A stretch of 64,000 bases of DNA from Candidatus Niyogibacteria bacterium CG10_big_fil_rev_8_21_14_0_10_46_36 (GTDB taxonomy: Bacteria; Patescibacteriota; Minisyncoccia; 1-14-0-10-42-19). A model generated the notes under the pieces. The model ran no database searches, was not told where the DNA came from, and saw only the letters and a list, made by a program, of their open reading frames with translations. The stretch covers positions 128,244-192,243 of the forward strand of contig PFCO01000001.1 of the NCBI GenBank assembly GCA_002772995.1. The letters are read 5' to 3'. The stretch's first letter is position 1. Every line of letters starts with the position of its first letter. Shown in pieces: positions 8,255 through 17,518 of the stretch. Position numbers and translations under genes: made by a program.

Positions 8255-9478
8255 CTATTTTATAAGCCGAGGCATGCCGGGCAACGGAACATAATACGAT
8301 CCCCGATATCCGTATATTTTTTTTACATACTCCATTATTTCATCGGCAAAATTCCACCCCAAAAGAATGATGCAGGACGGATCTTCTGCCATAGCTTTTT
8401 CGGGCGAAGTAATCGGTATATGCGTTCCTGCGGTATATAGTCCTTGCTTTAATGGATTCGCATCCGCGATAACAGCAATTACCGTATCATCAATGTCACA
8501 AAAATTCAATAATGTAGAACTGCGAGCAGACGCGCCGTACCCCACTACACGCTCTCCTTTTTTCTTCATATCAAAAAGTGTTTCCCTTATGGCATCCCGA
8601 TGGACACACGAGCGTTCACGAAACATCTCCCAAGCAGGATAATTATTTATTCCTTTTTCTGTTTCGCGGCTTCGATATACGCGCAACGCGTCAGTTTCAG
8701 CAACGCTCTTTTTTGCGGCATACACAACCAATGAGCCGCCGCTTATCGGACTTTCAAACACATCATATACAAACAAGCCGTTATCACGGAGTAGCCGCTC
8801 CATCGTGCGTAGCGTAAAGTAACACAAATGCTCATGATAAATAGAATCATAGTGCAATTCCTCAAGAATGGTGCCCGCATAATGGAATTCTATTGCGCAT
8901 ACAGCGTCTTCATTCATAATGGCCCGGACACCTCTCACAAAATCAACGGTATTCACCACATGCGGCAGAACATTCCGGGCAAACACAAAAGAAGCTGGGC
9001 CTTCTCTTTTTAGAAGTCCACGAACATATGTTTCACCGAAAAATTCCGCTTCCGTAGGAATGCCGTCCTTGTTTGCCTGCGCGACGATATTCTTGGCGGG
9101 ATCAACCCCCAGGACTGCGTGACCGTTCCTCTGAAACGGCAAAAGAAATGTTCCGTCATTGCTTGCAATCTCCAACACATATCCGGTGTGTGTTCCTGGT
9201 ACGCGCGATTTATATTCGCGATAAAATGTCTCCGCATGCTCGTGGGCACGTTTTGAGGTGCCCGTTACCCACACATATTCAGAAAATAATTCTTTTGGGT
9301 CCGCTGTGTAGCCAAGCTGAACAAGACTGCATGCCGTGCAATACACAAGAGCGAGCGGATACAGCACCTCCTCCTGATCTTTTGTCTTGCGAAGCGCGTT
9401 TGCATACGGCTGCTTCCCCAGATCAAAAAATTGCTTTAGTTCGGCTGAACCGCAAACCCTGCATGTGACATCGTTCAT
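8255..9478 (-). CDS. NDP-hexose C-methyltransferase family (N-terminal zinc-ribbon plus class I SAM methyltransferase plus C-methyltransferase C-terminal domain).
   Basis: The N-terminus CRVCGSAELKQFFDLGKQPYANAL is the characteristic CxxC...DLG.QP..N zinc-binding motif of the TylCIII/TcaB9-type sugar C-methyltransferases. The second Cys pair is CTAC. Length is 407 aa. Confidence 0.7.
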   Translation of the reverse strand: MNDVTCRVCGSAELKQFFDLGKQPYANALRKTKDQEEVLYPLALVYCTACSLVQLGYTADPKELFSEYVWVTGTSKRAHEHAETFYREYKSRVPGTHTGYVLEIASNDGTFLLPFQRNGHAVLGVDPAKNIVAQANKDGIPTEAEFFGETYVRGLLKREGPASFVFARNVLPHVVNTVDFVRGVRAIMNEDAVCAIEFHYAGTILEELHYDSIYHEHLCYFTLRTMERLLRDNGLFVYDVFESPISGGSLVVYAAKKSVAETDALRVYRSRETEKGINNYPAWEMFRERSCVHRDAIRETLFDMKKKGERVVGYGASARSSTLLNFCDIDDTVIAVIADANPLKQGLYTAGTHIPITSPEKAMAEDPSCIILLGWNFADEIMEYVKKIYGYRGSYYVPLPGMPRLIK

Positions 9479-9479
9479 A

Positions 9480-10847
9480 TTATCGCTTTTTTACTAATAA
9501 TTCTATTTCACGAGCGGCAACCGTCCCCGCGGAATATTCCGTTCCACGCGGCCATATGAACTGGGAAATAAATCTTTTTCTCTGTCGGTCATACGAATTT
9601 TTATGCTCCATAATATCTTCAATGACGCACAATAATTCGTCCTCATTCTTTGCGATAGGAGTTGCTTGGTGCGATAAAAGATTACGAAAATGCAAAGATG
9701 CATTTTGGGTTTCTTCGTATTGTTGCGGCATAAATGTAATCACGGGCTTGCCAAGCGCCATTGCGTCAAGCATAGCGCTTGTATTCACGCCAACAATAGC
9801 ATCCGCGAAAAAAACGCTGTCGGCAAACAAAGAAGCAGCGGCTTCTTTTTCCGGAAGTTGCGCGTCTTTCTGAAGCGTAACATTCGGCAAAGAAAGATGC
9901 TCGAATGGATGGATATTCGCTGGATGCGGGCGGATAATTATATGGGCATCCTGAAGCGCGCGTTTTTTTGATTGGCGAAGACGAGAAGCGATTTTTTTAA
10001 TGACCCATGATTCGTCACGCGCAATGTTTTTTGATGAACCAAGATACAATATGACCGGGCACTTGTTATTAAAACCATACCGTTGACAAAATGCCGCGCG
10101 GGATTCGGATGGCTTCCGCCGTACAAGCCATTGGTCAAAGAGTGGCGAGCCTGTAATACGTATACGCTCCTTGGGAACGGCGTGATGCGTTATTGCCTCC
10201 CGCATATGTTCTTCGTTCCACGCCAAAAGAAGGTCGGGAATAACGTGAATAAGCCCGCGCACCGTCAAATTATCCCAGGACATTACTGGAAGAACCGTGG
10301 GAATACCAAGCGCCCGCGCGGCTTTTAAAAACTCCGTATCGGCGCTTGAATTTCTCATGTTGCCCGGAGCGCCAATAACAACATCCGGCTTATAGTCCCT
10401 CAAAAATGCCGATATGCCGGCATCCGGCGGCACAAAATGTTCAGGAATGCGCAACAATGCGCCCGCCACACGCGTTTTAAAAAACGTATTGAGCAAAGAA
10501 TTTTTATTGCGTAAAAAATTCCTGATGTTTCTCGGTAACGCTTTTTCGATCCAATCTGTGCGCCAATGGTCTGCTTGCTCCGCGACCACAAGATATTTCC
10601 GATAACTTAGAAAGTCTCTCGCGGGAAATAAAATGCTCGTCCACCTGTCACTTCTGCTCGGAATGGTCGCGTAACTGCATAAAGGATTATTTTCCACATA
10701 GGCGGCCACAACATCAAACGATTCCGTTTTATTTTTTGCCGCATCAAAAAGAATATGCACGGCATGTCCCCGCGCGCATAACTCGTCTATAATACTCTTA
10801 TAGTAATGAAACAAAAGCGCCCACCGAACAACAAAGAGGACTTTCAT
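9480..10847 (-). CDS. GT-B-like surface carbohydrate biosynthesis protein, paralog 1 of 4 (possible TagF/CDP-alcohol phosphotransferase-like or KpsS-like family).
   Basis: It shares an S-W-D-N-L-T motif (MSWDNLTVRGL) and a C-terminal SD..h...S......a..KPVI motif with three other ORFs in the window. The start is moved from 10877 to the MKVLFVV ATG at 10847. Function is uncertain. Confidence 0.45.
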   Translation of the reverse strand: MKVLFVVRWALLFHYYKSIIDELCARGHAVHILFDAAKNKTESFDVVAAYVENNPLCSYATIPSRSDRWTSILFPARDFLSYRKYLVVAEQADHWRTDWIEKALPRNIRNFLRNKNSLLNTFFKTRVAGALLRIPEHFVPPDAGISAFLRDYKPDVVIGAPGNMRNSSADTEFLKAARALGIPTVLPVMSWDNLTVRGLIHVIPDLLLAWNEEHMREAITHHAVPKERIRITGSPLFDQWLVRRKPSESRAAFCQRYGFNNKCPVILYLGSSKNIARDESWVIKKIASRLRQSKKRALQDAHIIIRPHPANIHPFEHLSLPNVTLQKDAQLPEKEAAASLFADSVFFADAIVGVNTSAMLDAMALGKPVITFMPQQYEETQNASLHFRNLLSHQATPIAKNEDELLCVIEDIMEHKNSYDRQRKRFISQFIWPRGTEYSAGTVAAREIELLVKKR

Positions 10848-10851
10848 TGTT

Positions 10852-11847
10852 TTATTTTTCAGGATTGATAATGGCAAGACGCATCATAGCGAGCGTGGGA
10901 TTGCGTAAACCAAATACCGACCGCGTTTCGTGATGAAACTCATCAATACTATAAATGACAACATTATCATCCGGACGGTACGGGAAAAATAACGGATTAT
11001 TATGCGAAATGTCTCCATTTTTTTCACGTACGGCCAAAATATAATTAACGTTATAAAATACCGAATGCGCTTTCCCGGCACGATATATATGCTCAATATA
11101 TTTTCGGATATCGGACTGCCGCATCTCGCTAAACGACCAAAAATTAAAACTAGCGTCAAAAAATGAATCAGGAAGCATACCTGCCTGCTCCGGGGTCAAT
11201 AAATATACTGTACGCGTTGCATCAAAGTTTTTTATTTGGTGGGGGTAGACAATGTCCCAATCGGTGTATTTTATAAATTGGAAAGCGGCATGTCCCAACA
11301 TTTCCGGGAGGTCGACAATAACATATCTCTCTATTGGGAATTCTTTTATACAAAACAACGCAAATCCTCCCGCGCCCGCGCCAATCTCAAGCACAGAACG
11401 CATGCCATGAGGAAAGAGCTGTTGTTGCTTGCGCTTAAGGACTTTCATGTACCAAAAGTATCGCGCCTGCGACATTGCCGACTCAACATCAAACGACGCA
11501 AGAAAATCCTTATACTCCGGATACAGTCCCCTTCTCCACAAAAAATAAAGGGCTCGTGCGTGTTCGTGATAACCTTCTCCCAGCAACGAAAATTGCAATC
11601 GCGCCAACTTCGCGAATACTTTTAATGAAGCGAATCTCGCGTAATCCAAAAAAGAAATCTTGCCTTTTCTAAAACCAAACGAGTGCTTTTCTCGTCCTTC
11701 CACCCTCCTTTCCGCCAGCCGGACCCAATCTTTCTTTGTGGCGTCTATTTTATATCCTTCAATCTGATTGCCCCAAAAATTTGAAATGTTTTGGGATTTC
11801 GCCGATATAAGGAGAAATTCTTTTAGTTGCTCAAATCTATTATCCAT
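10852..11847 (-). CDS. Class I SAM-dependent methyltransferase (putative sugar O-methyltransferase).
   Basis: VLEIGAGAGGFALFCIKEFPIERYVIVDLPEM carries motif I (E/DxGxGxG) followed by an acidic residue at the end of beta-2. Confidence 0.55.
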   Translation of the reverse strand: MDNRFEQLKEFLLISAKSQNISNFWGNQIEGYKIDATKKDWVRLAERRVEGREKHSFGFRKGKISFLDYARFASLKVFAKLARLQFSLLGEGYHEHARALYFLWRRGLYPEYKDFLASFDVESAMSQARYFWYMKVLKRKQQQLFPHGMRSVLEIGAGAGGFALFCIKEFPIERYVIVDLPEMLGHAAFQFIKYTDWDIVYPHQIKNFDATRTVYLLTPEQAGMLPDSFFDASFNFWSFSEMRQSDIRKYIEHIYRAGKAHSVFYNVNYILAVREKNGDISHNNPLFFPYRPDDNVVIYSIDEFHHETRSVFGLRNPTLAMMRLAIINPEK

Positions 11848-11851
11848 ATCA

Positions 11852-12733
11852 TTAACTCAACCCGCCATCCCATATATATTGTCGTTTGAATGGCTGTCCT
11901 TTTATTTTTTTTAGAAAACGATTCCAATAAACCCTACCGCACCGAAATATAGAAAATCTTTGCGCATACTCTTTTATCCGATAACGCACATAAAAAGAAA
12001 ATGAACAATGTTCCCGTGCCGCCTCTAAGCGGTGTTGCGCGTGGCGTTTTGCGTGCTTCTGGGTGGTGCTTGCCTCATCAATGGTGTGCTCAAATAATCG
12101 TACGCGTAAAAATTTAACGACTCCGCCCCGCGCAATACTTTGCGCTATAAAAGCGATGTCTGCCGCCCAGCCAACAGGATGGAGCCCTATCTTTGCGAAT
12201 GAACTCCGTCGTACAATAGTTCCTGACCCGCACGCCTTATGGCGAAACGGGTCTTCGGGACGAGAACCGTAACGCACCCCCGGAGGAACATAAAAAGGGA
12301 TGGCGCGTCTCCCGTACCACGAAAACCCCCCGCACACCAATACATCAATGGCGGGGTTGCCGTCCATCACCGCTATTGCTTGCTCTAGGGCATTTTTGTT
12401 TATGACGCTATCTCCGGATAAAAGCAGTGTGTATTTCCCTTGAGCCAGCAAAACTCCTTTGTTCGTTGCGTGCGCCCCGCACACATCCTCCTCCGATAGA
12501 AAGATGTGTATGTCTTGGTGATGTTTTTTGATTACCTCCTTTGTATTGTCGTTGGACGCGCCGTCTATAACCAGTAATTCATCTGCGTCGGTTATGAATT
12601 CCTTGGCGCGCTGGATTGCATATTCAAGCTCAGATGCATTATTTTTCGTTATTAAAATGAACGACATCCGCTTGCGCGGGATGCTGTCAAATGTAAAAAA
12701 TGTGTTCATTTCTTGCTGCGTGCCGATACGCAT
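11852..12733 (-). CDS. Family 2 glycosyltransferase.
   Basis: MSFILITKNNASELEYAIQRAKEFITDADELLVIDGASNDNTKEV is a GT2 N-terminal signature. Confidence 0.75.
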   Translation of the reverse strand: MRIGTQQEMNTFFTFDSIPRKRMSFILITKNNASELEYAIQRAKEFITDADELLVIDGASNDNTKEVIKKHHQDIHIFLSEEDVCGAHATNKGVLLAQGKYTLLLSGDSVINKNALEQAIAVMDGNPAIDVLVCGGFSWYGRRAIPFYVPPGVRYGSRPEDPFRHKACGSGTIVRRSSFAKIGLHPVGWAADIAFIAQSIARGGVVKFLRVRLFEHTIDEASTTQKHAKRHAQHRLEAAREHCSFSFYVRYRIKEYAQRFSIFRCGRVYWNRFLKKIKGQPFKRQYIWDGGLS

Positions 12734-12777
12734 AATTCAGTATATATTTTATAATTTTGTCAAGCAAGATAAATAAA

Positions 12778-12802
12778 AACACACGAGGTCTCACCTCGTG
12801 TG
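12778..12802 (-). terminator. Intrinsic terminator downstream of the 12812..13762 gene.
   Basis: A 9-bp perfect stem ACACGAGGT/ACCTCGTGT with loop CTC, followed on the minus strand by TTTTTATTT. Confidence 0.55.
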
Positions 12803-12811
12803 TCAAATTGG

Positions 12812-13762
12812 TTATGCGGCATGATTTTTTTCATACCACTTTATTGTCTTTGCTATGCCTTCTTTCAGCGATATTGCGGGCTTCCAGCCGTATACGGATA
12901 CGCGCGACGTATCAAGAATGCGCATCGCATCCCCTGTCGGTTTTTCGGTATCCCACACTATGGTGGGTTTCTCGGGCAGGCACGAAATAATAACCTCAAC
13001 AAGCTCCCGTATTGAAACACCTACCCCGCTTCCGATATTTACCGGCTTGGTGATACCATGTTCCGCGACAAAAAGCATGCCGCGCGCAACATCATCCGCA
13101 TAAATAAAATCACGGACAGCGGAACCATCGCCCCATACAACAAAGGGGCCTTCGCCCGACATCGCGCGCGCGATCAAAGACGGTATTACCATGGCTGATT
13201 CGGGGTCAAAGGTGTCATGCGGCCCGTATACATTCGCGGGGCGCACTATTGATATTGCGTTCCACCCGTATTCTTTCCCATAGGCTTCTGCCTGTAATTC
13301 CCCCATGCGCTTTGCCCAGCCCGCAAACTTGTCGTGTTCTGACGGAAATGTATGCCATACGCTATCTTCCTGCATTACTGCAGATGGTGCGTATACGCCC
13401 ACCGTGCTCGTATACAGAAATCCGGACACGCCTTTAAGCCGCGCCGCTTCCATAAGATTCGTATTGAATTGAATATGCGATACAAACACGCGTGCGGGGT
13501 GCTCCTTCATAAACAACGGTGAGCCTTTTACGCAAAGAAGATTAAACACATAATCCATTTCTGCGCATACTTTCAGGCACGCTTCAAACGAACGAAGGTC
13601 CGTTTGAACGAATGCGGCATCAGAATGCGCGCGTGACGGATCATCAAGAGAAGCCACCGTAACATTCGCGCCTTTTTCTATCAGCATCCGCACAAGCGGT
13701 GTGCCGATAAGACCGGTACCGCCCGCAACTAATACGTTCTTGCCCGTAAAATCAAATTTCAT
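12812..13762 (-). CDS. NAD(P)-dependent epimerase/reductase (GDP-fucose synthase/UDP-glucuronate decarboxylase-like extended SDR).
   Basis: NVLVAGGTGLIGTPLVRMLIEKGANV together with NVYGPHDTFDPESAMVIPSLIARA and a YxxxK-type catalytic region. Confidence 0.7.
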   Translation of the reverse strand: MKFDFTGKNVLVAGGTGLIGTPLVRMLIEKGANVTVASLDDPSRAHSDAAFVQTDLRSFEACLKVCAEMDYVFNLLCVKGSPLFMKEHPARVFVSHIQFNTNLMEAARLKGVSGFLYTSTVGVYAPSAVMQEDSVWHTFPSEHDKFAGWAKRMGELQAEAYGKEYGWNAISIVRPANVYGPHDTFDPESAMVIPSLIARAMSGEGPFVVWGDGSAVRDFIYADDVARGMLFVAEHGITKPVNIGSGVGVSIRELVEVIISCLPEKPTIVWDTEKPTGDAMRILDTSRVSVYGWKPAISLKEGIAKTIKWYEKNHAA

Positions 13763-14601
13763 CGTCCTCTCCCCGGGCTTCGAAATATCTTTCCCAGACG
13801 GTCCTTTTCATTATGATCGTCAAAAAGCGGGAATACGCGAGGTCTTCGTAATGCAATGCGTCTTCGCTGTGCATTCTTGCCCTCTACAAAGTCAACACCC
13901 GGCGGAAGATATGTGATAAGCATCAAGGGCCTGTCTCTGTCGGAAATATTCGGGTACGAGCCGTGAACGGTGTTTCCGTGCAATATAAAGATAGAGCCCC
14001 GTTTCAAGCATACGAGCGTTTCCTCGTAATGTTCGGGGATCTGTACTTTATTTCCGACTGCTGCGCGCTCACGGAATGTCGGAGTCGGCTCCGCTTCAAG
14101 AAGCGGCTCGACATGCGAACCCGGATATACATACAATGCCCCGTTCTCTTTGTCCTGGTCGGTTAACGCGATACCAACGGTAATGTACTGCCCCCAACGA
14201 GCGCGAGGATACGTATTATCCTGATGCGGATTCCATGGTTGTTCCTGAAAAGAAGTCCCTGCCTTTTTGAAATTAAAGTGCGTATGCGTTACTTCTACCG
14301 GGGCGTCTGACAGCGTATCAACAACCGAAAGAATGCGTGGATCCTCCACCACGCCCATAATCCATTCTTCATACCAATGAAGATTCATAAGCGGAGAAAA
14401 ATTTTCATCCGCATACGATTCATATAGAGCGTTTATCGCATGGCATTCTCCTTTTGAGAACACCTGCTCTCTTGTGAGAAATCCTTTCTCTCGGTAAAAA
14501 CGAAGCTCGTCAATAGAAACAACTGTCCCGTGCTTTCGTGTATCCGGCATATAACCTCCTGTACTGATGTTAAAGAACATCACCAGTGTAGAAGAAAACA
14601 A
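13759..14601 (-). CDS. Phytanoyl-CoA dioxygenase (PhyH) family Fe(II)/2-oxoglutarate-dependent oxygenase.
   Basis: WNPHQDNTYP gives the HxD iron ligands, and ALYVYPGSH...TVHGSYPN gives the distal His and Arg/Ser region typical of PhyH-like enzymes. Length is 280 aa. Confidence 0.6.
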   Translation of the reverse strand: MFSSTLVMFFNISTGGYMPDTRKHGTVVSIDELRFYREKGFLTREQVFSKGECHAINALYESYADENFSPLMNLHWYEEWIMGVVEDPRILSVVDTLSDAPVEVTHTHFNFKKAGTSFQEQPWNPHQDNTYPRARWGQYITVGIALTDQDKENGALYVYPGSHVEPLLEAEPTPTFRERAAVGNKVQIPEHYEETLVCLKRGSIFILHGNTVHGSYPNISDRDRPLMLITYLPPGVDFVEGKNAQRRRIALRRPRVFPLFDDHNEKDRLGKIFRSPGRGR

Positions 14602-14610
14602 GGACTTGCG

Positions 14611-15276
14611 TCAATCAGCAAGAAAAGTCGACACTACGGGAAGTTCTTTTATATCTCCAAACGAAGCAACAATAGTGTCAGCCTCTAAAAGCGTTTCTTT
14701 GGGCAAAGTTGACGCAATAGCAATACAATACGCACCTGCTCTTTTTGCCGCCCGTATTCCGAACGGGGCGTTTTCTACGACAATGCATTCATGAGGAGCA
14801 ACACCGATAGCGCCCGCTCCTGCAAGATACGGGTCCGGCTCCGGCTTCCCGCGCTCATACATATCGCTTGTGATTATTGCTTTAAATTGCGACAAAAAAT
14901 CATTAGGCACCGACGACTCCAGTCGTTTCATCAGTCCCGCCGTTACAATACCCGTAGGAATTTGCTTTGTGGCGCAAAGCTTTATAAAATCCTCAACATG
15001 CGGATACAATAAGAACGAATGGTCATCCATATAGTAGCGCTCCTTTGCGTGCATGATGTCTTCCGCGCGCGTTTCAGGAATGCCGTTTTTGTCGCAAAAA
15101 AATACAGCTACATCAATTGGCCGCATGCCCTCCAGAGGAAAATATTCTTCTCCGGTTATCTGCCCACCCGCGTCACCGAATGCCTTTTGCCATGCACGCA
15201 AATTGTCTTCCATAGTGCGCGCAAGCACCCCGTCAAAATCAAAAAGGATTCCTTTGTATGGCGCACTGTTATTCAT
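14611..15276 (-). CDS. HAD-superfamily hydrolase (beta-phosphoglucomutase family).
   Basis: GILFDFDGVLARTMEDNLRAWQKAF (DxDGV). Length is 221 aa. Confidence 0.7.
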   Translation of the reverse strand: MNNSAPYKGILFDFDGVLARTMEDNLRAWQKAFGDAGGQITGEEYFPLEGMRPIDVAVFFCDKNGIPETRAEDIMHAKERYYMDDHSFLLYPHVEDFIKLCATKQIPTGIVTAGLMKRLESSVPNDFLSQFKAIITSDMYERGKPEPDPYLAGAGAIGVAPHECIVVENAPFGIRAAKRAGAYCIAIASTLPKETLLEADTIVASFGDIKELPVVSTFLAD

Positions 15277-15778
15277 TAAAAAATGCGAGAGTTGCCTTCA
15301 TCCACGGACCCAAATGCTTGTAATGCGCGGATGTCACTATCTTATCATCAACCACGGCGGGCTCATCAATATATGTAGCCCCGGCGTTTTCAATGTCATC
15401 CTTGATGCTATAGTATCCTGATATTTTTTTGCCTTTTACTATTTTCGCGGATATCAACAACTGCGCCGCGTGACAAATGCTTGCGATCACTTTCCCACGC
15501 CCATGAAATTCCGCAATAAAATCAATTACCTCTTTATCTTGACGCAAATACTCCATGCATTTTGCTCCTCCAGGCAATACTAAGAGGTCATAATCATCTG
15601 GATTGATACCTGCAATGTCGCGTGTAGGGACAATCTTTGTGCCTAATATCCCCTGTACTGTTTCATTGCCGCGGATGGCCACATCAACATTGAACCCCGC
15701 CTCCTGCAAACGATAATACGGATAGATGAATTCGTGGTCCTGAACATTCTTTCCTGTAATAATAAGAGCTTTTTTCAT
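15269..15778 (-). CDS. DJ-1/PfpI family protein (class I glutamine amidotransferase-like).
   Basis: LLVLPGGAKCMEYLRQDKEVIDFIAEFHGRGKVIASICHAAQLL carries the nucleophile elbow C-H. Confidence 0.7.
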   Translation of the reverse strand: MKKALIITGKNVQDHEFIYPYYRLQEAGFNVDVAIRGNETVQGILGTKIVPTRDIAGINPDDYDLLVLPGGAKCMEYLRQDKEVIDFIAEFHGRGKVIASICHAAQLLISAKIVKGKKISGYYSIKDDIENAGATYIDEPAVVDDKIVTSAHYKHLGPWMKATLAFFNE

Positions 15779-15784
15779 ATCGCG

Positions 15785-16540
15785 TTAATGTGTTTTTGAT
15801 ATCAATAATAATTCTATTTCTTTCGGTATATGATATTCTTTTATGTTTTGCAAATCTCCTCCCCACACAACATCCCCCGGCTTCATACTGTATTCCTTCT
15901 TCGTGTGAGCAATCTCTCCGGCCAATATCGTTACTGAGGCATTCTGCATATTTGGCGCATCTTTGGATAGCGCATCTGTATGTGCATAGATTTTCTTGCT
16001 GATAGAACAATCTCCCATTTGAATATGCGGTGAATCAGCAAGAATCGGCAAAGTAAGCGAGTGCTCATTGGAAGAAGTAAAAGACTCCTTCCCCTCGTAT
16101 CCCTTTCCTTCCCTCCCATAACTGTCGCGCAAGCGCACAAGGTCTTTTTTATTTGTAGGCGTTTCTGTCTCCAGGACATAAATTCCTTTTGGGGAAAGAG
16201 CTTTTGTTGAATGAAAAACTCCTTTCTCAAGCAGAAGTCCCTTGCCGGCAGACATGTAAAGCGAGCGTTCTAGTGTTGAGCATTCAGCCTCCCCAGAAAG
16301 CACAGTAACCGATGTCTGTTTGTTCGGATGACAATGCATGGATGTTTGCGCCTGCGGTTGTATAAAAAGCATCCATATCGCGACAGCGTCGTTCTTGAAG
16401 AATAGATATTCATGCCCCCAGGGCTTTTGCACTAATACGCCTGAATAATCAAAAAAATCATCCTCAATGGATTCCGGATGAATACCTGCTTTTCGTAAGT
16501 GCTCTTTATCCGCCGCTGACGGGAAAATCCGTTCAATCAT
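15785..16540 (-). CDS. Cupin-domain protein, type II phosphomannose-isomerase-like.
   Basis: VQKPWGHEYLFFKNDAVAIWMLFIQPQAQTSMHCHPNKQTSVTVLSGEAE matches the PWGxE...H.H cupin motif seen in the ManC/PMI C-terminal domain. Length is 251 aa. Confidence 0.5.
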   Translation of the reverse strand: MIERIFPSAADKEHLRKAGIHPESIEDDFFDYSGVLVQKPWGHEYLFFKNDAVAIWMLFIQPQAQTSMHCHPNKQTSVTVLSGEAECSTLERSLYMSAGKGLLLEKGVFHSTKALSPKGIYVLETETPTNKKDLVRLRDSYGREGKGYEGKESFTSSNEHSLTLPILADSPHIQMGDCSISKKIYAHTDALSKDAPNMQNASVTILAGEIAHTKKEYSMKPGDVVWGGDLQNIKEYHIPKEIELLLISKTH

Positions 16541-16579
16541 ATACCATTCATACTACAAAAAAAGGTGATAAAATCAAGA

Positions 16580-16620
16580 AAAAACCGCACCGGATACCCG
16601 GTGCGGTTCTGTTTATTTTT
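16580..16620 (-). terminator. Bidirectional intrinsic terminator.
   Basis: Stem AACCGCACCGG / CCGGTGCGGTT with loop ATAC at 16586-16611. It is flanked by an A-run on one side and TTTATTTTTTT on the other. Confidence 0.6.
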
Positions 16621-17518
16621 TTACAATACGCTTTACATGCGCGTATATTTTTTCAGCAGTAGGAGGGAGATTATCGCATTGTTCCGCGAACCCCGCAGCG
16701 CGTTCCTCAAGCCCCAGCACATGCATTGTCTTTCCTGTCTGCTGCATAAGATCAAATGCAATATGCTTTGCTGTTCCGTTCTCAAAGTCACCGTCAATGA
16801 TAAGTCCGCCAAAGGACGAATCAGCAAGCGACTTCCGCATGACATCCGTTACCAAAAATGGCTTCAGCCACAGTAGATGAATGAGATTGCACCGTATCCT
16901 TCCTTCTTCCCAGAGCCGCTTTGCCGCTTTCATGGCTTCCAGCCGCGTTGACGATATTGCAAAAAGCGTGATGTCGGAATCGGGACGAATGATATTATGC
17001 ATCTCATAATCTATCCCAAAGCTTCTTCTATGTTCGCTTGCATACACCACCTCGTCATGCGCCGTAAAATAATCCCATACCTGCCGATACTCGTTCGGCG
17101 TCATGGGAGCGGCAACTGCGATACCAGGCATCCGCGCAAATAAGCTGTGATGACTACCTGACGCAACCGGCCCTATCGCGCCGTCCATCGCAATGGAACG
17201 CACGAACATGGGGCATGAATACCCCCACATGTCTTTTGCTTTCGCGGCGTAATTTATAACGCCGGGGCAATTGAACCACTGGAACCCCTGGTAGCGCACA
17301 ATATATATCGGCCGCCTGCCCGCGAGTGCGAGCCCTACAGCAATATACCCTCCGGAAACATCAGCCATTGATAATTCAATAAGACCTTGTTCTTCGGTGA
17401 GCTCGGGAACAGTTCCTCCAACCCAGCCGACTGCCGTAAGACATTGGCCGAGCGCTACGCCATGATGTTCAAGAAGATGCTTTCGCGTTATCTCTTTTAT
17501 CGTTTCGGCTACCGTCAT
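16613..17518 (-). CDS. TPP-dependent dehydrogenase E1 component, beta subunit (transketolase-like pyrimidine-binding plus C-terminal domains).
   Basis: GVALGQCLTAVGWVGGTVPELTEEQGLIELSMADVSGGYIAVGLALAGRRPIY is the E1-beta/transketolase central-domain signature. The start is moved to the MTVAETIKE ATG, giving an ATGA 4-nt overlap with the alpha subunit gene. Confidence 0.75.
   Translation of the reverse strand: MTVAETIKEITRKHLLEHHGVALGQCLTAVGWVGGTVPELTEEQGLIELSMADVSGGYIAVGLALAGRRPIYIVRYQGFQWFNCPGVINYAAKAKDMWGYSCPMFVRSIAMDGAIGPVASGSHHSLFARMPGIAVAAPMTPNEYRQVWDYFTAHDEVVYASEHRRSFGIDYEMHNIIRPDSDITLFAISSTRLEAMKAAKRLWEEGRIRCNLIHLLWLKPFLVTDVMRKSLADSSFGGLIIDGDFENGTAKHIAFDLMQQTGKTMHVLGLEERAAGFAEQCDNLPPTAEKIYAHVKRIVKK

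Noticed and set aside
12731-12777. TTGACA hexamer (minus strand, plus-strand 12758-12763) as a -35 element for the GT2 gene starting at 12733.
   Set aside because: No acceptable -10 hexamer at 16-18 nt spacing, and the distance to the start codon is too short for a normal 5' UTR. It is probably a chance match in AT-rich spacer DNA.
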